Below the pieces are notes generated by a model. That model saw only the letters and a program-made list of their open reading frames with translations. It searched no databases and was not told where the DNA came from. A DNA stretch of 64,000 nt, from contig CAWFQB010000014.1 of assembly GCA_963817895.1 (NCBI GenBank), positions 32,001 through 96,000 on the forward strand. Reading direction: 5' to 3'. The stretch comes from an uncultured Chthonomonadaceae bacterium (GTDB taxonomy: Bacteria > Armatimonadota > Chthonomonadetes > Chthonomonadales > Chthonomonadaceae). Both the position numbers and the translations under genes were made by a program. Numbering within the stretch: the stretch's first letter is position 1; the number at the start of each line of letters is the position of its first letter. Positions 20,475-31,085 of the stretch are shown here, piece after piece.

Positions 20475-22302
20475 TTACATTTCCTGCGGCGCGGATACGC
20501 CGAGCAAGCCGAGCAGATTGCTCAGGACAATTCTTGCGCTGTTGACGAGGGCGAGACGGGCCAGACTGAGTTCGGGTTCTACGGGTTTGTCGCCGCGTGG
20601 AAGCACCTGACAGTTCTCGTAGAAAATATTGAGCAGCGAGGCCATGTCTATGCCGTAGTGGGTCAGGCGGTGCGGCGCGTACTTTTCGGTTGCGACGCGT
20701 ACCTCTTCCGGGTAATCGGCCAATTTGCGCAACAAATCCAGTTCGGACGGCTGCGCGAGCAGGGAACGATCCACGTCCACAGCGGCGGCAAGGGCAATGT
20801 TTTCCGCCTGAGCTTTGCGCAGGATGCTGCACAGGCGGGCATGGGCGTACTGCACGTAGTAGACCGGGTTTTCCTTGTCCTGACGTTTGGCAAGTTCCAC
20901 ATCTACGGTTGCGGGCGTTTCGTAACTGTTGAGCAGGAAGTAGAAGCGGGCGGCGTCTTTGCCGATGTCGTCTACCAGGTCTTCTTTGAGTTCGATAACA
21001 TTGCCCTGCCGCTTGCCGCCGATAACGGTTTCGCCGTCGCGCACGAGGGATACCATCTGCGTCAGGACGATTTCCAAATTTTCGGGCGGGTAGCCGAGCG
21101 CGGCAACACCCGCTTTCAAACGCGCCACATAGCCGTGATGGTCGGCCCCCCATATATTGATGAGTTTGGTGAAGCCGCGCGAAAATTTGTTGTCGTGATA
21201 GGCGGCATCGGCGGCGACGTAGGTGGCCTTTTCATTGGAGCGCACCAGAACGCGGTCTTTGTCGTCCCCGAGAGCGGACGAGCGCAGCCAGAGCGCGCCC
21301 TCCTGCGTGTAGGTGTAACCGCGCTCCGTGAGGTATGGCAATGGCCTTTTCAACTGAATCCAATTCGTACAGGCTGCTTTCGTAAAACCACGTATCGTAA
21401 TGGAGGCCGAACGAATCAAGAGCGGCCTTCTGCACAGCGATCATGCCTTGTAGCGTCTGCTTTCGGAAGAAATCTCTGGCTTCCGTCACGTTGATAGAGG
21501 TGCGGTACACATCGGGCATAGCAACGCCAAGCGCGTGGGCCGCCGCGCCCGCGTAGCGATTGCCGACCTGATCTATAATGGAACGGGCAATATCTTTGAC
21601 ATATTCGCCCCGATAGCCGTTTGCGGGAAAAGGGACGGGCGGCAGGAGAGTGGAAGCGTCCGTACCCGGTTGTGTTTCCGTTGTAGTGTCGCCGTTCTCG
21701 TTCTGAAACTGAAGCGGATGCCCCAATTGCTGGAGATAGCGGGCCATCACGGTTTCGCCGAATTTTTCCAGTTGCAGCGAGTTCAGCGCGTCGTTGATGT
21801 AAAATTCGCGGCTGATCGCGCAGCCCTGCGAGGCCAGCAGGTTGCCCAGCACATCTCCCAGAGCCGCCGCCCGTCCATTGACCACGCTGATGGGGCCGGT
21901 AGGGTTGGCGCTGACGAATTCGATTAGAATCTTTTCGCCATTGCGGGCGTTGGACGTGCCGTAGCAGCGGTCTTCAGTTTCTATTTTGACCAGCGTATCC
22001 TGAAGCCATGTGGGTTTCAGGTAAAAGTTCATGAAGCCGGGGCCGGCGATTTCCACGCGGTTGATGAGCGGGTTTTCCTGCGGCAGATGACGCAGAATGC
22101 GTTCAGCGATGTCGCGGCTATTATTAATGCCTGTCGCCTTTTTCAGCGTCAGGGCAATGTTGCAGGAGTAATCGCCAAACTGCTTGTTGCCCGGCGTTTC
22201 CAGTTTCACCGCCATATTTTCGTCACTGAGGGTAAATTCGCCCGCGTCCCGCGCCGCAAGCGTGGCCTGTGTAATCAGCGCGGCAAGATCATCTGTAATC
22301 AC
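20475..22302 (-). CDS. argS: Arginine--tRNA ligase (one frameshift near 21340)
   Basis: FGDYSCNIA, IAGPGFMNF, EFVSANPTGP, GDDKDRVL, WGADHHGY, ENPVYYVQYAHARLCSI, LGVSAPQEM; GTG start with AAGGAG. Confidence 0.95.
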
Positions 22303-22328
22303 GAACCGGACTCCTTGAATATTCACAT

Positions 22329-23540
22329 CTAATGGTGGCTGAAATGGGCGCAGGCGAGCGTATAGAGAAAAACCGCTCCCGATACAATCAACATTCCCAG
22401 CATGTTTTGCAAAAATCCCATGCACCAGACGCGGCGCAGAAGCGTGACGCGAACGGGCGGACTGGTATAATAGGTTCCTAAAAGCGCGCGGGCGGCGGCG
22501 ATGCCGCTGGCGATTTGACGCTCCGAGGCGGGGCGCGTGGTGAACACCGCCTGCAAAAACGTGCCCACTTTGCGCCATGTCAACAGGGTAATCAGGCCGG
22601 AAACCAATAACGCGGATTCCACGTCCATATTGAGCAGGCTGACGAGCAGGGGACTGATGGAAAAGAGTATCAGGCCAATCGCCATGATGTTGGTTCCGCA
22701 GCGCGGATGCGGGCGCGGCATACGGCAGACGATTTCCGGCAGTAGACGCTCATTGCGCTCAATGGCATGAACCGTCTGGTGTTCGGCGGCATGGTAGCCG
22801 GCCAGACTGGTCGCGCGCATCAGGCCGAAGAAGACAAGATACATGAGCAGTTTCAGCCCGAAACCGAGCAGGCTGACGGCAGGCGGCAGGCGCGTGCTTA
22901 AATCGCCTACATCCAGCAGGTCGCTTCCCTGCGGCAGGCGAACATAATGCTGTATCCATTGCAGTCCGGTATCCGTAATTGTGGTAGCCAGTAAAAGCAG
23001 ACCGGCGATAATCATACCCGATGTGACCAGCGCGAGATTGCTCGCGCCCGCCTGAACGGTTCCATCGGTGAGATAAACGCCAAACGGCGTTGCCATTCCC
23101 CCGATGCTGCCGGGGCGCGAAACAGGACCATCAGCCGTCAGCAAATCGCTGTAAACGACAACGCCGAGCATGTAACCGTGATCGTCCACGACGGGCAGGG
23201 CATACATCAAATCTAAATTATGCGCGATAAACTGGTTCTGCACCTGCTCGGGAGACATGGCGGGATGCGCGACAACATCCGGCGCGCGCATGACGCTGGA
23301 AAGCGGGCGGCGTAAAATGGCATTTACTTCGGATGGATTTTGCTGTTGAAGCAGGGGAATCACGTCCGACTGGCGAACTATGCCAATTATCTGATTGTCG
23401 CGCAGGATTGGCAGGCTGCTGCAAGCGCATTGGCGGCAGACGCGGACAAAGCGCTCCACGCTGTCCTCCGGGTATACCGGCGGAACTGCCCGGAGTATGG
23501 CGCGTAGGGAAACTGTGGGAATGGAAAATCCTGCGGACAT
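22329..23540 (-). CDS. CBS-pair plus DUF1385-like membrane protein
   Basis: Two CBS motifs (LPILRDNQIIGIV, LPVVDDHGYMLGVV), IGGMATPFGV, YHAAEHQTVHA, HPRCGTN, TTRP. Confidence 0.8.
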   Translation of the reverse strand: MSAGFSIPTVSLRAILRAVPPVYPEDSVERFVRVCRQCACSSLPILRDNQIIGIVRQSDVIPLLQQQNPSEVNAILRRPLSSVMRAPDVVAHPAMSPEQVQNQFIAHNLDLMYALPVVDDHGYMLGVVVYSDLLTADGPVSRPGSIGGMATPFGVYLTDGTVQAGASNLALVTSGMIIAGLLLLATTITDTGLQWIQHYVRLPQGSDLLDVGDLSTRLPPAVSLLGFGLKLLMYLVFFGLMRATSLAGYHAAEHQTVHAIERNERLLPEIVCRMPRPHPRCGTNIMAIGLILFSISPLLVSLLNMDVESALLVSGLITLLTWRKVGTFLQAVFTTRPASERQIASGIAAARALLGTYYTSPPVRVTLLRRVWCMGFLQNMLGMLIVSGAVFLYTLACAHFSHH

Positions 23541-23547
23541 ACTTCTA

Positions 23548-23577
23548 AGTATACACTCCCTGCGCCTACGTTTGCAA
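23548..23577 (-). promoter_or_regulatory. Sigma70-type promoter, probably giving a leaderless transcript
   Basis: TTGCAA-18 nt-TATACT ending 7 nt before ATG 23540; no SD. Confidence 0.55.
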
Positions 23578-23710
23578 GCGGCTTGAAGCAGACAGCGGAG
23601 GGAATATTGAGTTAATCGCGTCTGTCAGCATCGGGAAGCATGGCTGCCGCGCTTTGTATCGCAGTTTGGGCGTTCCGCAATGTCAGTGACAAAGTTAGTA
23701 ACGGGAGAAT

Positions 23711-24599
23711 ATGAGCGAAAAAGCGGTTCTGATTGTGAATACGAAATCTCGCCGGGGCCGGGACTGCTTTGCGCAGGCGCAGGCGGAACTACAGGCCAAA
23801 GGAATGGAGATTACGCAGGCATTGGCCTGCCGCGATCCCGAAACAAGTTCCCGTTGCGGCGCAAAGCGCGGTGAAGCGGGGCGAGTCGCTGGTCGTTGTG
23901 GGCGGCGGGGATGGGACCCTGAGCAGTATTGCGGGCGCGTTTGTGGGAACACAGAGCGTGTTGGGCGTACTGCCGCTTGGGACGGGAAACGAATTCGCGC
24001 GGGATTTGACTATTCCCTCGGATGTGTCGGGCGCGTGTGACGTGATTGTGTCCGGGCAGGTTACGGCGGTTGATCTTGGCATTGTCAACGGCAGCTATTT
24101 TATCAATGTGGCAACGGTGGGACTGACAACGCTGATCGCGCAGGAACTCACAAGTGAGGCGAAAAAACGCTTCGGCAAGTTCGTTTATCTGTTTGCCGTT
24201 GTTCGCGCTCTGGCCCGCAGTCGCGCTTTTCAGGTGACGCTGAAAACTGAAGAGGATACGCAGACGTTTCAGACACTACAGGTGGTTATCGGCAACGGCA
24301 GATTTCATGCCGGCCCGTTTCCGCTTGCGCCGGACGCGAGTATTACGGATGGCAAACTGGTGGTGTATGCGCTGGCCGGAACAAGCCGGTGGGATTTATT
24401 GCGCTACGCCCTGAATTTGCCGGGCGGCCACCATGTAGAATTGCCGAATGTGCCTGCGGTAACGACGAGTGGGGGCAGATTGGAAACATTGCCGTTACAG
24501 CGGGTGACGGTTGACGGCGAGATTTGCCAGCGCACTCCGCTTGTCTTCGGGGTCGCGCCCCGCGCTTTGAACGTGAAGACGCCGATTGGTTTCAGTTAA
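23711..24599 (+). CDS. YegS/DAGK-family lipid kinase (frameshift near 23840)
   Basis: LIVNTKSRRG, VGGGDGT, LPLGTGNEFAR, GNGRFHAG, DGKL, VDGE. Confidence 0.9.
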
Positions 24600-24605
24600 T
24601 CGTAA

Positions 24606-25610
24606 GTGGAGTTGTCAGGAGAGACTATTTCGGCCAACAATTTAATTGTGGAAACGAGGCAGAGTGTGGATTCGAACCAATTGGCGCAGAAAGCGCAGCG
24701 TGTTGTTGAGGCCGTAGAAACGGCTATTGTGGGCAAGAAAGAGGTTGTGGAGTTAGCCCTCGCGGTGCTGCTGTCCAACGGGCATTTGCTAATCGAAGAT
24801 ATACCGGGCGTGGGCAAGACCACGCTGGCGAAAGCCTTTGCCCACGCGCTCGGCCTGACCTTCAAACGGATACAGTTTACGCCGGATTTGCTGCCTTCGG
24901 ATATTACCGGGTCGTCCATTTACAACCAGAAAACCGGAGATTTCGAGATGCGCGGCGGACCTGTTTTCGCCAACATCGTGCTTGCGGACGAAATCAACCG
25001 CACGACGCCGAAAACGCAGGCGGCTTTGCTGGAGTGTATGGAAGAGCGTCAGGTGACGATTGATGGCGTGCCGCACGGCCTGCCTTCGCCTTTTTTCGTG
25101 ATTGCCACGCAAAACAACATCGAAATGTCCGGCACGTATCCCCTGCCTGAAGCGCAATTGGATCGGTTTACGGCTCGGCTTGCGATGGGCTACCCGGATC
25201 GGGAAGCGGAGATGCGGATTTTAGGCGGGCAGTACAAAGCCCTGCCTGTCGAGACGATCAAGCCCGTTATGGACGCGGCGGAAATTCTGGAAATGCAAAG
25301 CGCGATACGCGATGTGCATGTGGATACCACGCTACACGGGTACATTCTGGATATTGTAGGGGAGACGCGGAGGCTGCCCGCTGTGGCGCTGGGGGCCAGC
25401 CCGCGCGGCAGTCTGGGACTGCTTCACGCGGCGCAGGCCCGCGCCGCGCTGATGGGACGCGACTTTGTGAAGCCGGACGACATCAAGGTTTTGGCTCCCG
25501 CCGTCCTCGCGCACCGTATCATCGTGCGGCCTGAGCAGCGTATTCGCGGGGTCACGGCGTTTACCTGCATTGAAGAGACGCTTGGACGCATATCAGTGCC
25601 GGTTGCTTGA
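24606..25610 (+). CDS. MoxR-family AAA+ ATPase
   Basis: LIEDIPGVGKTT, RIQFTPDLLPSDI, LADEINRTTPKTQAALLECMEE. Confidence 0.95.
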   Translation: MELSGETISANNLIVETRQSVDSNQLAQKAQRVVEAVETAIVGKKEVVELALAVLLSNGHLLIEDIPGVGKTTLAKAFAHALGLTFKRIQFTPDLLPSDITGSSIYNQKTGDFEMRGGPVFANIVLADEINRTTPKTQAALLECMEERQVTIDGVPHGLPSPFFVIATQNNIEMSGTYPLPEAQLDRFTARLAMGYPDREAEMRILGGQYKALPVETIKPVMDAAEILEMQSAIRDVHVDTTLHGYILDIVGETRRLPAVALGASPRGSLGLLHAAQARAALMGRDFVKPDDIKVLAPAVLAHRIIVRPEQRIRGVTAFTCIEETLGRISVPVA

Positions 25611-25614
25611 CAAG

Positions 25615-25663
25615 CCCTCAACCCCCGGCCCCTTCTCCCAAAAAAGCCTGGGAGAAGGGGAGG
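25615..25663 (+). repeat. Palindromic element copy 10, inside the MoxR-DUF58 operon
   Basis: ccctcaacccccggccccttctcccaaaaaagcctgggagaaggggagg. Confidence 0.85.
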
Positions 25664-25750
25664 CTGTTAATTATAGCCTTACAGAATGTGGCGTGTTTCT
25701 TATCTGGTAAGCAGCGTGGAGTAGGCTGATTTGATGGGGAGGGGAGACGT

Positions 25751-27007
25751 ATGCAGTTCATGAAGTGGGTGACGCTGCTGTTTAGCGCGTTGTGTCTGGT
25801 GGCGGTTGCCGGGATACTGCACGCTTCTCACCTGTATTATATGGCGGCGATCCTGCTGACTTTACCAGGCGTCAGTTATTTGCTGGGATGGTTCGCGCTG
25901 AGGGGGCTGGAGTTCGAGCGGGAAATGCCGCAGATGGCGTGGGAGGGGGAAGAGGGCAGAATCAACTATATTGCCCGCAACCCGTCGCGTATCGCGCGGT
26001 TTTTTCTTTCGGTACAGGAAACATTGCCCGCGTGGGTGGAACTGGTGGAGGAAGACGCGGCCTTATTTAATGTGGCTGCCGAAGATGCGGCGGCGATTTC
26101 GCAGAGTGTCCGCTTTTTGCGCCGGGGCGTGTTTGCCGCCGATGGGTTCGATGTGACCGCTATGGACCCGCTGGGGGTGTTCGCGTTTACGCGCCATATT
26201 CCGAGTGAGGGCGAGTTGGTGGTGTATCCGATGCCGCAGGCGCTACGCTCCACAGCGCTGACTGGAACGGAACGGTATGGATGGCAGGAATTTACATCGC
26301 GCCTGATGCGGGGCAGCAGCGTGGACCCGGACGGCGTTCGCCCCTACGTGCCGGGAGATTCGATGCGCCGTATTCACTGGCGGCAGACGGCGCGCACGGG
26401 TAAATTGAACGTAATCGAATTTGAGGAGGCGCTGGCGAGTAATCTGGTGATCGCGCTGGATGTAGAAGGGGCAAACGACACGGATGCGGATGAGGATGTT
26501 GATTCCCCGTTCGAGTATGCGGTAAGGATGGTTGCGTCGCTGGCGCAGGAGGCCGCCAATCAGGGCGCAAGCGTCAGGCTGATGCTGCCCGCGCAGGCGA
26601 CTGCGGAGAAACCGCTTCTCAATGCCGCTGCAAGCGAGGGGAGGGGACAATCTCATTTGCTGGTGATTCTGGACGCGCTGGCGCGGGTGGAGGCGAATGT
26701 CAGCGCTCCCCTGCGCCAATGGCTGATGGAACAGGCCGTTAGCGTGAAGCCGGGAACCACGCTGGTTGTGGTAACAGCCAACCCGGATGCCGGATTGCCG
26801 GATGCGTTCGCTCCCTATCTTGGAATGGGCGTACAGGTGGGCGTTGTGCTGATAGACGCGAGTACGTTCCCCTCTGCCCGCAGCAAGCGTCAGACAGAAG
26901 CCGCGCAGACGTTTCTCGCTACTGTTTCCATGCTGCGCCTGCCGACGTATGTTGTTCGGTATCAGGAAAATGGCCTGCTGAACCCGGAGGAGTACGTTTA
27001 TGGATGA
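25751..27007 (+). CDS. DUF58-domain protein (MoxR partner)
   Basis: DPLGVF, LVVYP, VRPYVPGDSMRRIHWRQTAR, FEYAVRMVASL. Confidence 0.9.
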   Translation: MQFMKWVTLLFSALCLVAVAGILHASHLYYMAAILLTLPGVSYLLGWFALRGLEFEREMPQMAWEGEEGRINYIARNPSRIARFFLSVQETLPAWVELVEEDAALFNVAAEDAAAISQSVRFLRRGVFAADGFDVTAMDPLGVFAFTRHIPSEGELVVYPMPQALRSTALTGTERYGWQEFTSRLMRGSSVDPDGVRPYVPGDSMRRIHWRQTARTGKLNVIEFEEALASNLVIALDVEGANDTDADEDVDSPFEYAVRMVASLAQEAANQGASVRLMLPAQATAEKPLLNAAASEGRGQSHLLVILDALARVEANVSAPLRQWLMEQAVSVKPGTTLVVVTANPDAGLPDAFAPYLGMGVQVGVVLIDASTFPSARSKRQTEAAQTFLATVSMLRLPTYVVRYQENGLLNPEEYVYG

Positions 27008-29237
27008 TCGCTTTGGGTTTTTCGGACAAAGCGCAGTCGCTCAGGAAGCAGTTGACCCAACGGCTGTAAGCCTGTGGCTGTACCTTGCCGGATTGTGCGT
27101 GACGCTTTCGGGGCTTTACGCGGTCAATTTTTATCTTGGGGATTCAAACTTCGCTAATCTATCGTATGGACTTGCGATTGCCGGGTACGTGTTCAGTTAT
27201 TTTATTCGTGTACGGCAGGTGGATTTGAACGCGATAAAGATGCCGTTGATGATCAGCGCGGCGTTGCTGGCACTGGCGTATGTGAGCGGAGGGGGAGCCG
27301 GATGGCTGATACCGGCAGGCGCGGCGGACAATCGTCCTTTAGAATTGCAGGTCATGTTCGCGTGGGTGGCGATCCTGCACACGTTCGTACTGATGAACGA
27401 TGCCTCCGTCCTGTTCGCCTGTGTGCCGGGAATGACAATGCTGGCTCTGGTCAGCACACAGGCGCCGGATCAAGAGGTGCAGAACGCGTTTTTGGTGTTT
27501 GTGGCTGCGGCCACGTTCCTGATGGTGCATGAGAACTACCTGCGAACCCGCAACGCGAAAACGCTGCGCAAGGGAGGCATTGCCCGGCCTTTGTTCGGGG
27601 GGCAGCTGTTGCTTACCGGCGCGTGTTTGCTGGGGGCGCTGCTGCTGGCGAATGTGGTGGCAGTTCCCATACAAACGGTCGGGCAGTCGCTTTTCGATGC
27701 CAATATGACGCCCATGGGGGATAAAGTAACTATCAAGAAAGAGATAAACGCTTTCAACGTGAGCGTCAATGAACAAACGACGCTGAATCTGGCGATGGGG
27801 CCGGTGTCGGAAAGCGACTCGCCGTTGCTGCGTATTACCGCAGCGCATGGCATGTACTGGCGCGGCACAACATTCAGCGAGTATAACGGGAACAGTTTCA
27901 ACAATCAGCTACAGACGGCAGACGGCAGAACACTGACCGGGGAGAGGCAGGAGAGTGGAAAGGTCACGCAGACGGGCAAATTTTCCGATGCGTTCAGCCC
28001 CGGCGCGTTTACAAACAACTACGCTTACAAACTGCCGCCAAACCAGTACGACCTGCCACCGGCGGATATGAAGAACAGCAAGGAGGAGAGACAAAAAGTA
28101 CAGGTTATCGGGGGAAACTTTAGCAACCTTTACGGCGCGGATACCATTCGGCAGGTTGCGGCTCCGTTCGCGGAGTTACATTATAATGCCGCGGGCGCGT
28201 TGCTTGTCAATGTGCCTGCCTCAACGATATATGAGGTTGTTTCGCAGGTTCCCACGCGGGACGAGAATACATTGCGGCAGGCTTCCTCCTCGCTGCGGGA
28301 TGTGCCGGAAGCCCTGCAACAGGCGTACCTTCAAAAACCTGTTGGGCATGTGGAAGATATGGATCGTCTGAAGCAGCTGGCGCAGACGATCATCAAAGGC
28401 AAAACGAACAATTTCGACCGCGCCGAAGCCCTGCGCAATTATATCGCGTCGGAGTGTAAATACAATCTACAGGTAACGTCCGCGCCTCGTGATCGTGATG
28501 TTGTGGCGTGGTTCCTTTTTGATAAAAAAGAGGGCTATTGCGACAGTTTTGCCGCTGCCATGACGATGCTTTGCCGCTACGCGGATATACCCGCCCGCCT
28601 TGTGTCCGGCTTTCTGCCGGGTGAGGTCGAGACGGAGGGCGTCTATATGGTGCGGGAAAAACACAAGCATCTCTGGACCGAAGTGTTCTTTCCGCATATC
28701 GGCTGGGTTCCCTTTGACGCGACGGATGGAACGATAGATATTTCCGACCACAGCAACGGAACCAAAAAGCCACAGGCGACCTTTGTGAAATGGCTGACCT
28801 CGCATGGCAGCCTGCCGCTTGCCCTGACGGTGATGCTGGTGGCGATGCTTGGGTATGTTGTTAAAACGGAAGTGGTAGATCGGTTGCGGATGCAACGGAG
28901 TAGTCTGGCAGAAGCGCCCACTCGCCCGCTGACCAACTTGCAGGTCATAGAAGCGTATGCGCAAACGGAAGCATTGTTCAAGAAGCGCGGCCTTCCCCGA
29001 TTGTCCTCGCAAACGCCGGATGAGTACGGCGCGCAACTAAGGCGGCGGCTTGCGTCCGCGCTGCCCGCTGTGAGTCAGAGCGTGTACGAATTGACCGCGT
29101 TGTATACGGTGTATCGCTACGGGCGTGATGTTGCCACGCTCGAAGAGGCGGAAACGGCGCGGAAGTTGGCCGCTTCCATTCGCGACAATGTGCAGGCTGT
29201 GAATTCACGGGAGTTCGCGGAGATGATTCGGGAGTGA
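27000..29237 (+). CDS. TgpA-like transglutaminase-domain membrane protein with C-terminal DUF4129
   Basis: N-terminal TMs, YWRGTTF, GYCDSFAAAM, PARLVSGF, HLWTEVFF..GWVPFDAT, QTPDEY..YRYG. Confidence 0.9.
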   Translation: MDDRFGFFGQSAVAQEAVDPTAVSLWLYLAGLCVTLSGLYAVNFYLGDSNFANLSYGLAIAGYVFSYFIRVRQVDLNAIKMPLMISAALLALAYVSGGGAGWLIPAGAADNRPLELQVMFAWVAILHTFVLMNDASVLFACVPGMTMLALVSTQAPDQEVQNAFLVFVAAATFLMVHENYLRTRNAKTLRKGGIARPLFGGQLLLTGACLLGALLLANVVAVPIQTVGQSLFDANMTPMGDKVTIKKEINAFNVSVNEQTTLNLAMGPVSESDSPLLRITAAHGMYWRGTTFSEYNGNSFNNQLQTADGRTLTGERQESGKVTQTGKFSDAFSPGAFTNNYAYKLPPNQYDLPPADMKNSKEERQKVQVIGGNFSNLYGADTIRQVAAPFAELHYNAAGALLVNVPASTIYEVVSQVPTRDENTLRQASSSLRDVPEALQQAYLQKPVGHVEDMDRLKQLAQTIIKGKTNNFDRAEALRNYIASECKYNLQVTSAPRDRDVVAWFLFDKKEGYCDSFAAAMTMLCRYADIPARLVSGFLPGEVETEGVYMVREKHKHLWTEVFFPHIGWVPFDATDGTIDISDHSNGTKKPQATFVKWLTSHGSLPLALTVMLVAMLGYVVKTEVVDRLRMQRSSLAEAPTRPLTNLQVIEAYAQTEALFKKRGLPRLSSQTPDEYGAQLRRRLASALPAVSQSVYELTALYTVYRYGRDVATLEEAETARKLAASIRDNVQAVNSREFAEMIRE

Positions 29238-29264
29238 CGGCAATTTTGCGAATGGGAAGCGGTT

Positions 29265-30401
29265 ATGGAGATTGTTTATAAAAGTGGGTCGCCGGGTCTG
29301 TTATGGAAACCTGCCGTTCAGCGTGTTTATGCTTTTTTTGGGGAGGAAGACCGCTTGAAAGAGGAGGCGGTTGCCGCGCTGACAAAGCATGTCGTAGAAC
29401 CGGACTTCGCGGACTTTGATATGGAAACGCTGGATGCGGGTACGCACACGGCTGATGACATTCTGGCGTCGCTGGCGCAGGCACCTTTTGGCTCGGAACG
29501 GCGGTTTATTGTCGTGAAGGGCATGGAGTTGTGGCGGGAGCGGGGCAAGAACGCGGAGGCGGAGCGGCTTGCGGATGGCCTGAGCAGGCAATCGGACGCG
29601 ACGTGTCTGGTTCTGGTGGTGGCGGCGGAAGAGGAAGAAGAGCGGCGCAAAACGGCTGTCACAACGAAACTGGATAACGCCGTCAAGAAGTTCGGGGCTA
29701 TGGTGGCGTGTCGCGGGCTGAAGGGCGACGCGCTGATCGCGTGGGTCAATGGGCGCGTGAAGCAGGAGGGCAAGCGCATTGACAGCGGGGCGGCAGAGCA
29801 GTTGATTGCAAACGCCGGAACTGAAATGCTGGTGTTGGAACAGGAGATCATCAAGTTGGTCTGCTACAGCGGCGACCGGGAGATGATTACAGGTCGGGAT
29901 GTGGGCATGGTGGTGGCGGCAAGTCCTGAAGACGTGATGTTTACCACTGTGGACGCGATTACGCGGCGCCAAACCGACCGCGCCCTGCTGCTGCTGGCGG
30001 AACTGCATCGTTATGACCCGAAGCCGCAGGCGGTGGCGGGCAAACTGCTGGCGCTGCTGGCGCGGCAGTACCGGATGCTCTGGCAGGCGAAATATCTGAG
30101 TGACAAGCGTATTAATCCGCGTGATGTGCGGAGCCTGCCGCCAGAAATGGCGGCGGAACTGCCGGGTGACAGCAACATCGCGCAACTGGCGTTCAAAGCG
30201 GCGGATTTGTTCGCGTTGTCGAAAAATTATACGTGGGAAGAACTGACCCGGACGCTGGAAAAGCTGCTGCTGTGCGATCTGGCGAACAAGGGCGGCGTGA
30301 CAGATGAGATTGGAACCTTCGGAGCCGACCCGTTGCGCAACTTGCAACTGCTGGTGTTGGAATTGACGGGGGCGGCGCAGGCGAAGGTGAGCGCGCGATG
30401 A
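29265..30401 (+). CDS. holA: DNA polymerase III subunit delta
   Basis: VYAFFGEEDRL, APFGSERRFIVVK, LEQEIIKLVCY; convergent with rpsT. Confidence 0.9.
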   Translation: MEIVYKSGSPGLLWKPAVQRVYAFFGEEDRLKEEAVAALTKHVVEPDFADFDMETLDAGTHTADDILASLAQAPFGSERRFIVVKGMELWRERGKNAEAERLADGLSRQSDATCLVLVVAAEEEEERRKTAVTTKLDNAVKKFGAMVACRGLKGDALIAWVNGRVKQEGKRIDSGAAEQLIANAGTEMLVLEQEIIKLVCYSGDREMITGRDVGMVVAASPEDVMFTTVDAITRRQTDRALLLLAELHRYDPKPQAVAGKLLALLARQYRMLWQAKYLSDKRINPRDVRSLPPEMAAELPGDSNIAQLAFKAADLFALSKNYTWEELTRTLEKLLLCDLANKGGVTDEIGTFGADPLRNLQLLVLELTGAAQAKVSAR

Positions 30402-30419
30402 AGAGAGATCAAAGAAGAG

Positions 30420-30450
30420 TAGCCGCGAATGAACGCGAATGGACGCGAAT
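30420..30450 (+). repeat. 10-nt tandem arm (CGCGAAT core x3) after holA
   Basis: tagccgcgaatgaacgcgaatggacgcgaat. Confidence 0.7.
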
Positions 30451-30504
30451 GTTGTTAAAGATGAGAATTTGATGATAGCAGATGGATTGTTTGAAACGGA
30501 GTAT

Positions 30505-30532
30505 AGCCCGTGTCTGCTGTGCAGTACGGGCT
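30505..30532. terminator. Hairpin between convergent holA and rpsT
   Basis: agcccgt...acgggct stem with A/T-rich flanks. Confidence 0.45.
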
Positions 30533-30575
30533 GTTTAAATAATTGAAAGTAGCGCGTTGGAGGCCGGGAGGCGGT

Positions 30576-30857
30576 TCAGGCGACGGCTTGAGCGGCTTTG
30601 TTGGCGCGTTTCATCAGGCGGGACTTGCGCCGGGATGCCTGATTTTTGTGGATGATACCACGCTCGGCGGTCTTGTCAATGGTTTTGCAGGCGAGGCGAA
30701 CGGCCTCCGCGCTTGCGGCAATGTCTACTGCGGCAGAGTCAATCGCAGTACGCGCCTTCTTGACGAATGTTTTCATCGCGGACTTGGCGGCGATGTTGCG
30801 AAGATGGTTTTTACGAGACTTGATGACGTCTTTTTTGACGGATTTGATATTCGGCAC
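30576..30857 (-). CDS. rpsT: 30S ribosomal protein S20
   Basis: MPNIKSVKK, KSAMKTFVKK, IDKTAERGIIHKNQASRRKSRL; AAGGAGG RBS. Confidence 0.98.
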   Translation of the reverse strand: MPNIKSVKKDVIKSRKNHLRNIAAKSAMKTFVKKARTAIDSAAVDIAASAEAVRLACKTIDKTAERGIIHKNQASRRKSRLMKRANKAAQAVA

Positions 30858-30882
30858 GAACGTACCCTCCTTTTAACGGCTG

Positions 30883-30912
30883 AGTATACCTCATTTGGGC
30901 GGCGTTGCGCAA
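30883..30912 (-). promoter_or_regulatory. rpsT promoter
   Basis: TTGCGC-18 nt-TATACT. Confidence 0.55.
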
Positions 30913-31085
30913 GGGGTATTGCCGCTTTGAACGTGGACTATTACGCATAACTTCTGCTCGCGCCATTCGCGCCCGCGTATACCTATATCTTCGCTGCTGC
31001 CTCTCTCGTGGGGAATTGCGTTTTCTCCTGATGGCGTAGAACAGATTTTATTGTACCCGGTGAGATTGGGACGATGTAGCGAGTA

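Noticed and set aside
20475..22302. argS, rpoN and other split genes as pseudogenes or programmed frameshifts
   Set aside because: argS is essential, motifs are intact, breaks are widespread and lack consistent slippery signals; assembly error is simpler
30420..30975. CGCGAAT arms flanking rpsT as cargo of an element
   Set aside because: The candidate right arm near 30957-30975 is too degenerate, and holA-rpsT is ancestral synteny
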